Assembly (NCBI GenBank): GCA_030603245.1
Contig: JAUVYE010000003.1
Span: forward strand, 1 to 61,091
Source: a bacterium
GTDB taxonomy: Bacteria; Patescibacteriota; Minisyncoccia; Minisyncoccales; DG-74-3
DNA: 61,091 nucleotides
Reading direction: 5' to 3'
Shown: positions 25,286 through 33,813 of the stretch, piece after piece
How the letters are laid out: every line of letters begins with the position of its first letter
Numbering within the stretch: the first letter of the stretch is position 1
Notes under the pieces: model-generated
Told to the model about the DNA's origin: nothing
The model's database searches: none
The model's input: the letters and a program-made list of their open reading frames with translations, nothing else
Made by a program: the position numbers and the translations under genes

Positions 25286-26152
25286 TTAAATATTAATCAA
25301 CAGCGTCTCTAATGCTAACTTAGTATTAATATTGGTGGTTGAAATTAAGAAATTTATTCTTTGTAAAAGATTAAGATTGTTTTTTGTTTTATCAATATAT
25401 TGTAAGTTATTTTCTGATTTAATTTGTTCCATTAAAGAGTTTCTTAAAAAATTAAGCCAAATCTCCAAAGTCTCTTTTAAATTATCTTGTTGAGATAATT
25501 CTTTTGCCAATTGAAATCGTTGGACCAAAGAGGAATTTAGAATTGTTTTAAGTTCTTTTACAATCTTTCTTTGTTTTTCCAATTTTTCTGGATTTAGAAC
25601 AAATTCAATAGCTTGTCCTGGTCTTCCTCGACTAAACTCAGCAATTTCTTCAATTTCCTTCTGAGAAAATTCTTGTTTCTTTAAATATTTTTTAATTTTA
25701 GCTTCTTCAATTGGATAAAACTTTATCACTTCACACCTTGAACGAACCGTGGGAAATAAAAACTCAGGTTTTTGAGTAATTAAAATCAAGATTGAATCTC
25801 CTTTTGGCTCTTCCAGGGTTTTTAATAAAGCGTGCTGAGCATCAATTCCCATTAAATGAGCTTTATCTATAATGGCTATTTTGGGAGATATAAAAGAAGA
25901 TTTTAAAGATAGCTTCCAGATTAAATCTCTTATCTGAGAAATTTGAATGGTTTTATTTGTGGGTTCAATTAAAATAAAACCAGGGTTTTGTTTTTGAAAA
26001 GGCTGACCAGTAATCAAACGAACCCACTCAAAAGCAATTGTTTTTTTACCTAATTTATCTTGACCAGAAAACAAATAAGCATGAGACAATTTATCTAATT
26101 TCGCACTTTGCCTAAGAAATTCTATTTGCTTTTCATGACCAATTATCTTCAT
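25286..26152 (-). CDS. holB: DNA polymerase III delta-prime-like subunit
   Basis: SHAYLFSG..KLGK, ALLKTLEEP, TVRSRC. Confidence 0.85.
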   Translation of the reverse strand: MKIIGHEKQIEFLRQSAKLDKLSHAYLFSGQDKLGKKTIAFEWVRLITGQPFQKQNPGFILIEPTNKTIQISQIRDLIWKLSLKSSFISPKIAIIDKAHLMGIDAQHALLKTLEEPKGDSILILITQKPEFLFPTVRSRCEVIKFYPIEEAKIKKYLKKQEFSQKEIEEIAEFSRGRPGQAIEFVLNPEKLEKQRKIVKELKTILNSSLVQRFQLAKELSQQDNLKETLEIWLNFLRNSLMEQIKSENNLQYIDKTKNNLNLLQRINFLISTTNINTKLALETLLINI

Positions 26153-27159
26153 TATTTTTTAGACATTATGCTTTTCTTATATAAATCCAAGTTTTCTAAA
26201 ATCACCCCCGTTCCTTTAGCTACACAAGACAAAGCCTCTTCAGCCAGAATACATGGAACGCCAGTAGACTGAGCAATAAGTTCAGGAAGATTTCTTAATA
26301 AAGAGCCCCCTCCAGTAAGAACCATACCTTTATCCATTATATCAGCAGACAACTCAGGAGGAGTTTCTCTTAAAACTGATTTGATTACCTGGATAATTTC
26401 TTCTAAAGTATCTGAAATTGCTTCACAAATCTCGTTAGAAGAAATACGAACTGTGCGAGGCAGACCTAAAATAAGGTCTCTTCCCTTGATTTCCATTTGC
26501 CTTGCCTCTTTTTCGGGAATAGCTGAACCAATTTCTATTTTAATTATTTCAGCTGTCCGCTCCCCTATTGCTAAATTATGCTTTCTTTTAATATAATCAG
26601 AAATTGCCATATCTATTCTATCTCCAGCCACCCTTACGGAGCGACAAGCTACTATTCCACCCAAAGAAATTACAGCAACTTCAGCTGTTCCGCCGCCAAT
26701 ATCAACAACCATATTTCCTGAACAAGAATTAATTGGAACATCAGCTCCAATGGCAGCTAAAATTGGCTCTTTAGCCAAATAAACTGCTTTGGCTCCAGCT
26801 GCGATTCCAGCCTCAACTACTGCTCTTTTCTCAGTAGAAGTAGAACAAGCTGGAACACCAATTAATAACTCAGGTCTAATTATCCGAAAAACACCTGAAA
26901 CTTTATCTATAAAATATCTCAACATTGCCTGGGTTACCCTATAATCTGCAATTACTCCATCTTTTAATGGTCTATAAACCCTAATTGTATCTGGAGTTCT
27001 TCCCAGCATATCCTTAGCCCCTTGTCCTACTGCCAAAATTTTATTATCTTGTAAATCAACTGCAACCACTGATGGTTCTTTCAAAACCACTCCTTTTCCA
27101 GGCAGAAAAACTAAAGAATTACAGGTTCCAAGATCAATTCCAATTTTTGTAATAAACAT
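26152..27159 (-). CDS. mreB: MreB/Mbl (paralogue 2)
   Basis: GIDLGTCNS, DIGGGTAEV, LTGGGSLL. Confidence 0.95.
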   Translation of the reverse strand: MFITKIGIDLGTCNSLVFLPGKGVVLKEPSVVAVDLQDNKILAVGQGAKDMLGRTPDTIRVYRPLKDGVIADYRVTQAMLRYFIDKVSGVFRIIRPELLIGVPACSTSTEKRAVVEAGIAAGAKAVYLAKEPILAAIGADVPINSCSGNMVVDIGGGTAEVAVISLGGIVACRSVRVAGDRIDMAISDYIKRKHNLAIGERTAEIIKIEIGSAIPEKEARQMEIKGRDLILGLPRTVRISSNEICEAISDTLEEIIQVIKSVLRETPPELSADIMDKGMVLTGGGSLLRNLPELIAQSTGVPCILAEEALSCVAKGTGVILENLDLYKKSIMSKK

Positions 27160-27231
27160 ATATTTTTAGCTTTGAACTTGTTTAATTTTAACTAAAATTG
27201 TAAACTTTATCAAGTATATAATTTAAATATT

Positions 27232-28080
27232 ATGAATAAAAACTTTAGGGCAATCCTATTCTTTATCTGCTTTATTTTATTCTTAATTGTTGCTCCCATA
27301 ATAATCCTTTCTTCGCAAGGATATCGTATAGATTTAAATCCTTCAGAAGGCAGAATAAAAATTACTCAAACAGGAGGTTTGTTTTTAAGAATTTTACCAA
27401 GACAAGCAGAGATTTTTTTAGATTCAAAACTTAAAGAAACAACTGATTTTTTCTTTAATTCTGCTTTAATTGAAAATCTGATACCTAAAAAATATCAAGT
27501 TTTAGTTAAAAAACAGGGTTATCATTCTTGGCAAAAAGAACTAGAAATAAAAGAAAAAGAGGTTACAGCGATTGATAATATTTTTCTCTTTCCTCAAAAT
27601 CCCGAATTCAAAGCCTTGACCAAAGAAGAAACAAATCAGTTCTTGACTTTGTTCAATAATAACCAAGAGCTTACTTTGGATGAATTATTGCTTGATCAAG
27701 ACACTTATCAAATCTTAGAACAGATGAATGGCTTCAAGCTTTCTCCTGATTCTAAAAAATTAGTTTACTTTTCAGACTATGAAATCTGGATTCTTTTCTT
27801 AAAAGAAAAACAAAACCAGCCCTCTAAAAAAGCTGGTGAAAAGCTTTTCTTAATGCGATTATCAGAAAAAATTAAACATGTTCTTTGGCTTAATTCTTAT
27901 TATTTAGTGTTTAGTACTGAAAATAAAATTAAAATAAGTGAGATTGATGAGCGCGACAGAATAAATATGATTGATTTGGTTGAATATGAAAATCCAGAAA
28001 TATTTTTCAACCAAAAAGATAAAAAATTATATGTTCTTAGCAATGAAATCTGGTATCAATCTAAAGCTTTACTTCCTTAA
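27232..28080 (+). CDS. membrane-anchored PEGA-domain protein
   Basis: N-terminal TM; LIPKKYQVLVKKQGYHSWQK PEGA-like pattern. Confidence 0.8.
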   Translation: MNKNFRAILFFICFILFLIVAPIIILSSQGYRIDLNPSEGRIKITQTGGLFLRILPRQAEIFLDSKLKETTDFFFNSALIENLIPKKYQVLVKKQGYHSWQKELEIKEKEVTAIDNIFLFPQNPEFKALTKEETNQFLTLFNNNQELTLDELLLDQDTYQILEQMNGFKLSPDSKKLVYFSDYEIWILFLKEKQNQPSKKAGEKLFLMRLSEKIKHVLWLNSYYLVFSTENKIKISEIDERDRINMIDLVEYENPEIFFNQKDKKLYVLSNEIWYQSKALLP

Positions 28081-28788
28081 AGAAATAACTTTTCCGTATC
28101 TTTTATTGTGAGCTACAATTTTTTTCTGAAAATCTTTCCACCCGATCTCTCCCTCACCAGTCATTCTGCAAACTTCTTTAAAAGCACAATATTTACACTG
28201 CCAATTTTTAGGCCAATCAATTAATCTTTCCGGAATAATATTGGCCTCAATTTTAGTTTTAAGATTTTTTAATTTAGCCAAAAGCTTCTTAACTCTTTTG
28301 GGTTCATAATCTAATTGAAACTCTTTTAATTCCTGATTATCTTTACTGACATAAATCAATATTCCTTTCTTAGGATCCAAAAAATGCATATACAGCTGAA
28401 GTTGATTAATATGTTCTTCTTTAGGCTCTTCTAATCCTCTAAAAATCATACTGTTCATACTTTTAATATCAACAATATACAAATCTTTACCATCACTAAT
28501 AATTACATCAGCTCTACCTGAAATTAATTCTTGAGGAGGAATCTTTACTTCAGAAGCAACAACATGAATATCTCTCATACTCAATAAAGGCCTCATAATC
28601 AATTGATGAATATAGTTCCCGTGTTCAAACAACCTTAAAATTCTTGCTTCTAATTCTTTTTTAGGAACATTTTTAAATTTAAAGAATATTGCCCTAGAAC
28701 ACTTGCCAGCATCACTAATATAAAAGTGATGCTGTTCTCTGTCTTTATGCTGGTCTAAGTAATATTGGTCGATGCGTTCTCTTAACAT
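28069..28788 (-). CDS. solo Cas4/AddB-like PD-(D/E)XK nuclease with Fe-S cysteines
   Basis: SDAGKC, GRADVI..IVDIKS, QLQLY, CKYCAFKEVC. Confidence 0.85.
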   Translation of the reverse strand: MLRERIDQYYLDQHKDREQHHFYISDAGKCSRAIFFKFKNVPKKELEARILRLFEHGNYIHQLIMRPLLSMRDIHVVASEVKIPPQELISGRADVIISDGKDLYIVDIKSMNSMIFRGLEEPKEEHINQLQLYMHFLDPKKGILIYVSKDNQELKEFQLDYEPKRVKKLLAKLKNLKTKIEANIIPERLIDWPKNWQCKYCAFKEVCRMTGEGEIGWKDFQKKIVAHNKRYGKVISLRK

Positions 28789-28838
28789 GTTAATTAATCA
28801 TAACCTTGAACTTTAAATTCATCAAGCTCTAACGTATC

Positions 28839-28865
28839 AAAAAATCGCCACCGAGGCGATTTTTT
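28839..28865. terminator. bidirectional intrinsic terminator
   Basis: A6-TCGCC-ACCGA-GGCGA-T6. Confidence 0.75.
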
Positions 28866-28970
28866 AAACTTATTTCCTTTTTCAAATTAATAATATATAT
28901 TATTCGCTTAAAAAAAGAAGGAAATAAGCTTTTCTTGTGATTTGGTGTTTGAGAGGATTTTGTCGCGAGC

Positions 28971-29357
28971 TCAAAGTAGTTTTTCAACTTCTTCTATCTC
29001 GTTTATTGCTTCTTGAGCGCGCTCTTTAACTACTTGTAGAGCATCTCTTATGCTTGACAGAAGAAGATTGAAACGAGGATCTAGAGCGTTCTTGGCAAAA
29101 TCTTTTAAGAGTTGCGTAGTAAAGCTTTCACCCCATTCTTCATACAAGGTATCTACAACGTCTCCACAACACTCTAGAACAACCTGTAGCCCAAGAACCT
29201 CAATGGTTGTATAATCTCCATCTCTCGCTGGCAATCCTGTACCACACCATTCACAGATAGTTGGTCCGAGCGTTCCTGTGTTCATGTTATTCCACAAATA
29301 ATCGCTTGCTCCAACTGGCTTCTCGGAAATTGGACTCATCTTTCTTGTCACTTCCAC
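28971..29357 (-). CDS. hypothetical protein with CxxC (possible Zn binding)
   Basis: ICEWCG and LECCG; TTGACA-led promoter upstream. Confidence 0.7.
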   Translation of the reverse strand: MEVTRKMSPISEKPVGASDYLWNNMNTGTLGPTICEWCGTGLPARDGDYTTIEVLGLQVVLECCGDVVDTLYEEWGESFTTQLLKDFAKNALDPRFNLLLSSIRDALQVVKERAQEAINEIEEVEKLL

Positions 29358-29461
29358 TTATAGCTTAATAAATTAATCTAAAATGTCAAGCCCGATGTCT
29401 AACCGGGTGCGACCCGGTCAAAGTAAAAGAGAAACTAAGTTCCTCTTGAAATAAACAACGC

Positions 29462-29881
29462 CTACTTACTCAATAAATATATTGCTATTAAGGACAGAAT
29501 AATTCCAATTAATTTTGTTAGAGTAATGCTTTCATGAAGAAAGATAATTGCCAGGGTCACTGTTAGGGCAGGATAAAGAGCAGCAAGAGGAATAATGGTT
29601 GAAATCTCCGCACGACCTAATAGAAAATATAAACCCACACCACCAAAAGAACCAATTAATCCGGCTAAAGCTGCTAGACCAATTCCCACTTTATCTCCCT
29701 GGACGAGATTCTTGAATTTAAAAACTATTAAACTATATAAGAGGATCATAGGCACATATCCAAGCATGTCCCAAAAAACACCTTGGGGCCCTATTTTATT
29801 TGCCGCTAATTTTGCCAGAAAAGAGGCTATTCCCCAAGAAAGGAATATACCAATAACAATTAAAAAATTTGTTAATTCCAT
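29462..29881 (-). CDS. EamA/DMT-family transporter (single repeat)
   Basis: WGIASFLAK, IIPLAALYP, LHESITLTKLIGI; ATG at 29881 avoids overlap with rpsI. Confidence 0.88.
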   Translation of the reverse strand: MELTNFLIVIGIFLSWGIASFLAKLAANKIGPQGVFWDMLGYVPMILLYSLIVFKFKNLVQGDKVGIGLAALAGLIGSFGGVGLYFLLGRAEISTIIPLAALYPALTVTLAIIFLHESITLTKLIGIILSLIAIYLLSK

Positions 29882-29901
29882 AATTCTATTCCTAAAAAGT
29901 A

Positions 29902-30429
29902 TTAACGCTTTTGCCACTGAGGAGCACGACGGGCTCGTTTTAATCCAAACTTTTTCCTTTCTCTCATTCTTGGATCACGAGTCAAATATCCTGCTTTTTT
30001 CAATTCTTGCCTAAAATCAGATTTATACTTCACCAATGCCCTTGTTATACCATGCCTTAAAGCCTCTGCCTGACCATTAAAACCTCCGCCTTTTAAAACC
30101 ACTGTAATCCTAAACTTACCCAAACAATCCATTTTAACAAGCGGTGATTTAACGACTTCCTGAAGTTTTCGCATAGGAAAATATACATCAAAAGGTTTGT
30201 TATTAACTAAAATCACTTTTTCTCCACGAGTAAAAATCCTTACCCTGGCCACAGCTGTTTTTCTTCTTCCAACTGCTTCAAAATATTTTCCTGAACCTGC
30301 TTTAATTTCTTTCTTTTCAATCTTTTTCTTAGAAACAGATTTCTTTAGCTTTTTAGCCTCAGGTTTTTTAATTACTTTTTTCTTTCTTACTGTTTTTTTA
30401 GTTTTCTTTTCTGTTTTTTCTTTTATCAT
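29902..30429 (-). CDS. rpsI: 30S ribosomal protein S9 with a Lys-rich N-terminal extension
   Basis: GRRKTAVARV, RDPRMRERKKFGLKRARRAPQWQKR. Confidence 0.98.
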   Translation of the reverse strand: MIKEKTEKKTKKTVRKKKVIKKPEAKKLKKSVSKKKIEKKEIKAGSGKYFEAVGRRKTAVARVRIFTRGEKVILVNNKPFDVYFPMRKLQEVVKSPLVKMDCLGKFRITVVLKGGGFNGQAEALRHGITRALVKYKSDFRQELKKAGYLTRDPRMRERKKFGLKRARRAPQWQKR

Positions 30430-30430
30430 A

Positions 30431-30778
30431 TTATTCAAACTTCAATCTTTTAATTTGAATTGGTCTTAATTTATTTTTAGGCAACATTCCATAAACTGCT
30501 ATTTTTAAAACATTTCCAGGATCTTTTTTAAATAACACTTTTAAGGGTATTTCTTTACCACTGCCAAGATATCCTGAATGACGGAAATATGTTTTCTGAT
30601 CCATTTTCTTGCCAGTTACCTTTATCTTGGAAGCATTTTTAACAATCACAATATCGCCCATTTCTTTATGAGGCATAAAATCCGGCTTATGCTTACCGCG
30701 CAATAAAACTGCAATCTCGGTTGCCAATCTACCCAAGATTCTATCTGAAGCATCAATTGTATGTGTTTCTCTTTGCAT
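30431..30778 (-). CDS. rplM: 50S ribosomal protein L13 (C-terminally short)
   Basis: IDASDRILGRLA, GMLPKN. Confidence 0.97.
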   Translation of the reverse strand: MQRETHTIDASDRILGRLATEIAVLLRGKHKPDFMPHKEMGDIVIVKNASKIKVTGKKMDQKTYFRHSGYLGSGKEIPLKVLFKKDPGNVLKIAVYGMLPKNKLRPIQIKRLKFE

Positions 30779-30782
30779 AAAA

Positions 30783-31133
30783 TTATTCTACCAATTCTAT
30801 TATTGCCATTTTTGCTCCGTCAGATTTTCTGGGTCCTAATTTAATTATTCTTGTGTATCCTCCTTTCCTGTCTTTATACTGGGGAGCAATTTCATCAATC
30901 ATTTTTTTAACTATATCTTTAGAAAAAAACTTTAAAAGAAATCTTCTTGAAGCAAGGTCTCCTTTCTTAGCTTTAGTAATTAATTTTTCAGTAAAACCAG
31001 AAACCTCTTTTGCCTTTGCTTGAGTTGTTTTAATTTTTTTATGCAATAAGAGAGAGCGAGATATACTTTTCAAAAGAGCTTTTCTCTGATCTCTTTCTCG
31101 ATTAAGTTTTCTTCCTTTTTTTCTTTTTTTCAT
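30783..31133 (-). CDS. rplQ: 50S ribosomal protein L17
   Basis: KIKTTQAKAKE, GGYTRIIK. Confidence 0.97.
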   Translation of the reverse strand: MKKRKKGRKLNRERDQRKALLKSISRSLLLHKKIKTTQAKAKEVSGFTEKLITKAKKGDLASRRFLLKFFSKDIVKKMIDEIAPQYKDRKGGYTRIIKLGPRKSDGAKMAIIELVE

Positions 31134-31917
31134 CTTTTTTGACAGAAGTTTTTTTGGTTTTTACTGTCTTTTTCTTTTTAACTACCTTTTTCTTTTTAAC
31201 TACCTTCTTGTCCATTTCTTTCTTTTCAACTTCTTTCTTAAAAGTATTGGCGATTAAAGAAAAATGTTTTACTAAAATCTCTGAAGTCTGGCTAAAAGCA
31301 TCTTCTGGTGGCAGAGTTCCGTCAGTCTCAATTTCCAAAAATAGTCTATCAAAATCAGTTCTCTTGCCTACCCTCATATTCTCAACCCTAAAGCTTACTT
31401 TGCGAACTGGTGTAAAAATAGCATCTAAGACTATTGCTCCTATTTCTAATTTTTCCTGCTTGCTTACTCCACGAGGCAAATAACCTACCCCTTTTTCTAT
31501 CTTAATTTCCATTTCTAATCCAGCTGATTTTTGAGTTAAGGTAGCTATGGGACAATCTTTATTAATTAATTCTACTTGACTGGGAAACTTAAAATCAGAA
31601 CCTTTTACCTTTTTTTCGCCCTTGATTTTCAGGTTTGCTTTTTGAGACTCATCACCATGAAGATTAAACCTCATCTGCTTAAGATTCTGCATTATTAAAA
31701 TTACATCTTCTAAAACTCCAGGTATAGTTGAAAATTCATGAGCCACACCCTTAATTTTTACCTGTGTTACAGCTGCTCCAGAAAGAGAAGAAAGAAGAAC
31801 TCTTCTCAAACTGTTTCCAATAGTAACTCCATAGCCCGGATATAAAGCTTCTATTTCAAACCGGGCCCAATTACCTTTTTTTTCAACAATTTTTGGTTTT
31901 TTTGGATAAGAAATCAT
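31102..31917 (-). CDS. rpoA: RNA polymerase alpha subunit lacking the alpha-CTD
   Basis: GYGVTIGNSLRRVLLSS, HEFSTIPGVLED, DFDRLFLEIETDG, then a Lys-rich tail; ATG at 31917. Confidence 0.95.
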   Translation of the reverse strand: MISYPKKPKIVEKKGNWARFEIEALYPGYGVTIGNSLRRVLLSSLSGAAVTQVKIKGVAHEFSTIPGVLEDVILIMQNLKQMRFNLHGDESQKANLKIKGEKKVKGSDFKFPSQVELINKDCPIATLTQKSAGLEMEIKIEKGVGYLPRGVSKQEKLEIGAIVLDAIFTPVRKVSFRVENMRVGKRTDFDRLFLEIETDGTLPPEDAFSQTSEILVKHFSLIANTFKKEVEKKEMDKKVVKKKKVVKKKKTVKTKKTSVKKDEKKKKRKKT

Positions 31918-31921
31918 ATAT

Positions 31922-32551
31922 TTATCTTGAATAAAATTCAAATATAGCTGACACCTCGACTGGTGGTGCCGCTTCTTCAAACGTTGGTAAAGACTTTATT
32001 GTTCCTTCTAATTGACTAATGTTCAAAGATATCCAACTTGGAGTTGAACGCCCTTTAAGAGCAGAAACAAGGTCTTTAAAAATACCTTTTTTAAGAGAGG
32101 ATGGTCGAATTTTGATTTTATCTCCTTTTTTGACTGAAAAAGCAGAAATATTAACAACTTTATCATTAACTAAAAAATGACGATGAGAAATAAATTGTCT
32201 TGCCTGACTTCGAGAATCAGCAAAACCTAATTTAAAAACAACATTGTCTAAACGTCTCTCTAAAATCTGGATTAAACGTGCTCCGGCATCTTCCGCCCCA
32301 CCCTTTTTTGCCAAGATCTTTTTTACATAGTTGCGAAATTGTCTCTCTTTTAAATTATACCAATTTTTTAATTTCTGTTTTTCTCTTAATTCCTTGCCGT
32401 ATTCAGAAAGAGGACGAGATCTTCTTTTTCTTTTTTGGCCTGGCGGATAAGGTTTTCTCACCATTGGACATTTTTGCGACAAACATCTTTCACCCTTTAA
32501 AAAAAGCTTTTCTCCTAATCTACGGCAAATTTTACATTTATCATCTTTCAT
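31922..32551 (-). CDS. rpsD: 30S ribosomal protein S4 (Zn type)
   Basis: CKICRRLGEKLFLKGERC, LERRLDNVV. Confidence 0.98.
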   Translation of the reverse strand: MKDDKCKICRRLGEKLFLKGERCLSQKCPMVRKPYPPGQKRKRRSRPLSEYGKELREKQKLKNWYNLKERQFRNYVKKILAKKGGAEDAGARLIQILERRLDNVVFKLGFADSRSQARQFISHRHFLVNDKVVNISAFSVKKGDKIKIRPSSLKKGIFKDLVSALKGRSTPSWISLNISQLEGTIKSLPTFEEAAPPVEVSAIFEFYSR

Positions 32552-32582
32552 TTAATGTTTTATATAAAGCTAATAAACTGTT

Positions 32583-33032
32583 TTACACTCTACGGGGCTT
32601 GGGACGTCGACAACCATTATGAGGAACAGGAGTTACATCAGTCATTGAAATAATCTCAAAGCTATGATTAGCAATTGAACGAATAGCTGATTCTCTACCA
32701 GTCCCAATTCCCTTGATAATAAGAGCTATTTTTTTAATATTCATTTTTTCAGCAGCCGTACACATTGCTTCGGCTGCTTTTGATGCAGCAAAAGGAGTGC
32801 CCTTTTTAGTATTCTTAAAACCAATACTGCCTGCTGTCACCCAATGCAAAACATTTCCTTTAAGGTCAGTTAAGGTAAGAATGGTATTGTTATATGAAGA
32901 ATAAATATAGAGCCTAGCCTCTTTGGTTTTCTGAGAAGTTTTTTTAACCTCTTTTCTAAGCTTTGCTTCTATTGTTTCTCTTTCTTTTAACAACTCTTTT
33001 TCTGTTTGAACTGCAATACGTTTTTTTCCCAT
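32583..33032 (-). CDS. rpsK: 30S ribosomal protein S11 with an N-terminal extension
   Basis: SSYNNTI, KKGTPFAA, DVTPVPHNGCR; ATG at 33032. Confidence 0.97.
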   Translation of the reverse strand: MGKKRIAVQTEKELLKERETIEAKLRKEVKKTSQKTKEARLYIYSSYNNTILTLTDLKGNVLHWVTAGSIGFKNTKKGTPFAASKAAEAMCTAAEKMNIKKIALIIKGIGTGRESAIRSIANHSFEIISMTDVTPVPHNGCRRPKPRRV

Positions 33033-33039
33033 AGTTTTA

Positions 33040-33429
33040 TTACTTAGGAGCTGGAGGAGGTTTTTTTCCGCTACCCACGGTTTTTCTAACATTGCCTCGA
33101 ACAGTTCTTGAATTAGTTCTAGTTTTCTGACCCCTTACTGGCAAGCCACTAGTATGACGTATTCCTCTGTAACTTCCAACATCTTTCAATCTTTTAATAT
33201 TGGTCATAATAGTTCTTTTTAATATCCCTTCAATCTTGTATTTTTTTTCAAGAATATCCTTTAGTTTATTAATTTCATCTGGTTTCAAATCAGAAGCTCG
33301 ACGTGAATAATCAATTTTAGCTTCAGTCAAAATATCCTCACTCAAAGATCGACCTATTCCAAATACATAAGTCAAAGCAACTACTATTCGTTTGTTATCG
33401 GGGATATTAATCCCAGCAATTCTTGGCAT
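33040..33429 (-). CDS. rpsM: 30S ribosomal protein S13
   Basis: MPRIAGINIP, GLPVRGQKT. Confidence 0.98.
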   Translation of the reverse strand: MPRIAGINIPDNKRIVVALTYVFGIGRSLSEDILTEAKIDYSRRASDLKPDEINKLKDILEKKYKIEGILKRTIMTNIKRLKDVGSYRGIRHTSGLPVRGQKTRTNSRTVRGNVRKTVGSGKKPPPAPK

Positions 33430-33446
33430 GCTTTAATAATTTTCAA

Positions 33447-33560
33447 CTATCCTTGTCTTTGTTTATGCTTTGGATTTTCACAAATTACATAAACTCGTCC
33501 CTTTCTGCGGACGATTTTACAATTTTTACAAATTTTTTTAACAGATGGTCTTACTTTCAT
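33447..33560 (-). CDS. rpmJ: 50S ribosomal protein L36 (absent from the ORF track)
   Basis: my translation: [37 protein letters not shown]. Confidence 0.97.
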   Translation of the reverse strand: MKVRPSVKKICKNCKIVRRKGRVYVICENPKHKQRQG

Positions 33561-33784
33561 ATTCTTTTATCCTTGCCCCTATAAACTATTCTTCCTCTTT
33601 CTTGATCATAAGAGCTCATTTCTACTGTAACTCTATCTCCAGGCAAAACCTTAATTCGGTAAATTCTCAATTTACCAGCCAGATGAGCTAAAATTTCTTT
33701 TCCATCGTCCAATCTCACCCGAAAAAGAGTATTGGGTAATGAGTCTAAAACTGTTCCTTGTTTCCTTGAAATATTTCTTTTCAT
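33557..33784 (-). CDS. infA: translation initiation factor IF-1
   Basis: [20 protein letters not shown]. Confidence 0.97.
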   Translation of the reverse strand: MKRNISRKQGTVLDSLPNTLFRVRLDDGKEILAHLAGKLRIYRIKVLPGDRVTVEMSSYDQERGRIVYRGKDKRI

Positions 33785-33813
33785 TCAAATAAAATCTAAC
33801 AGATATTTTCTAT

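Noticed and set aside
29595-30469. Plus-strand ORFs of 139 and 90 aa
   Set aside because: Antisense to the EamA gene and rpsI
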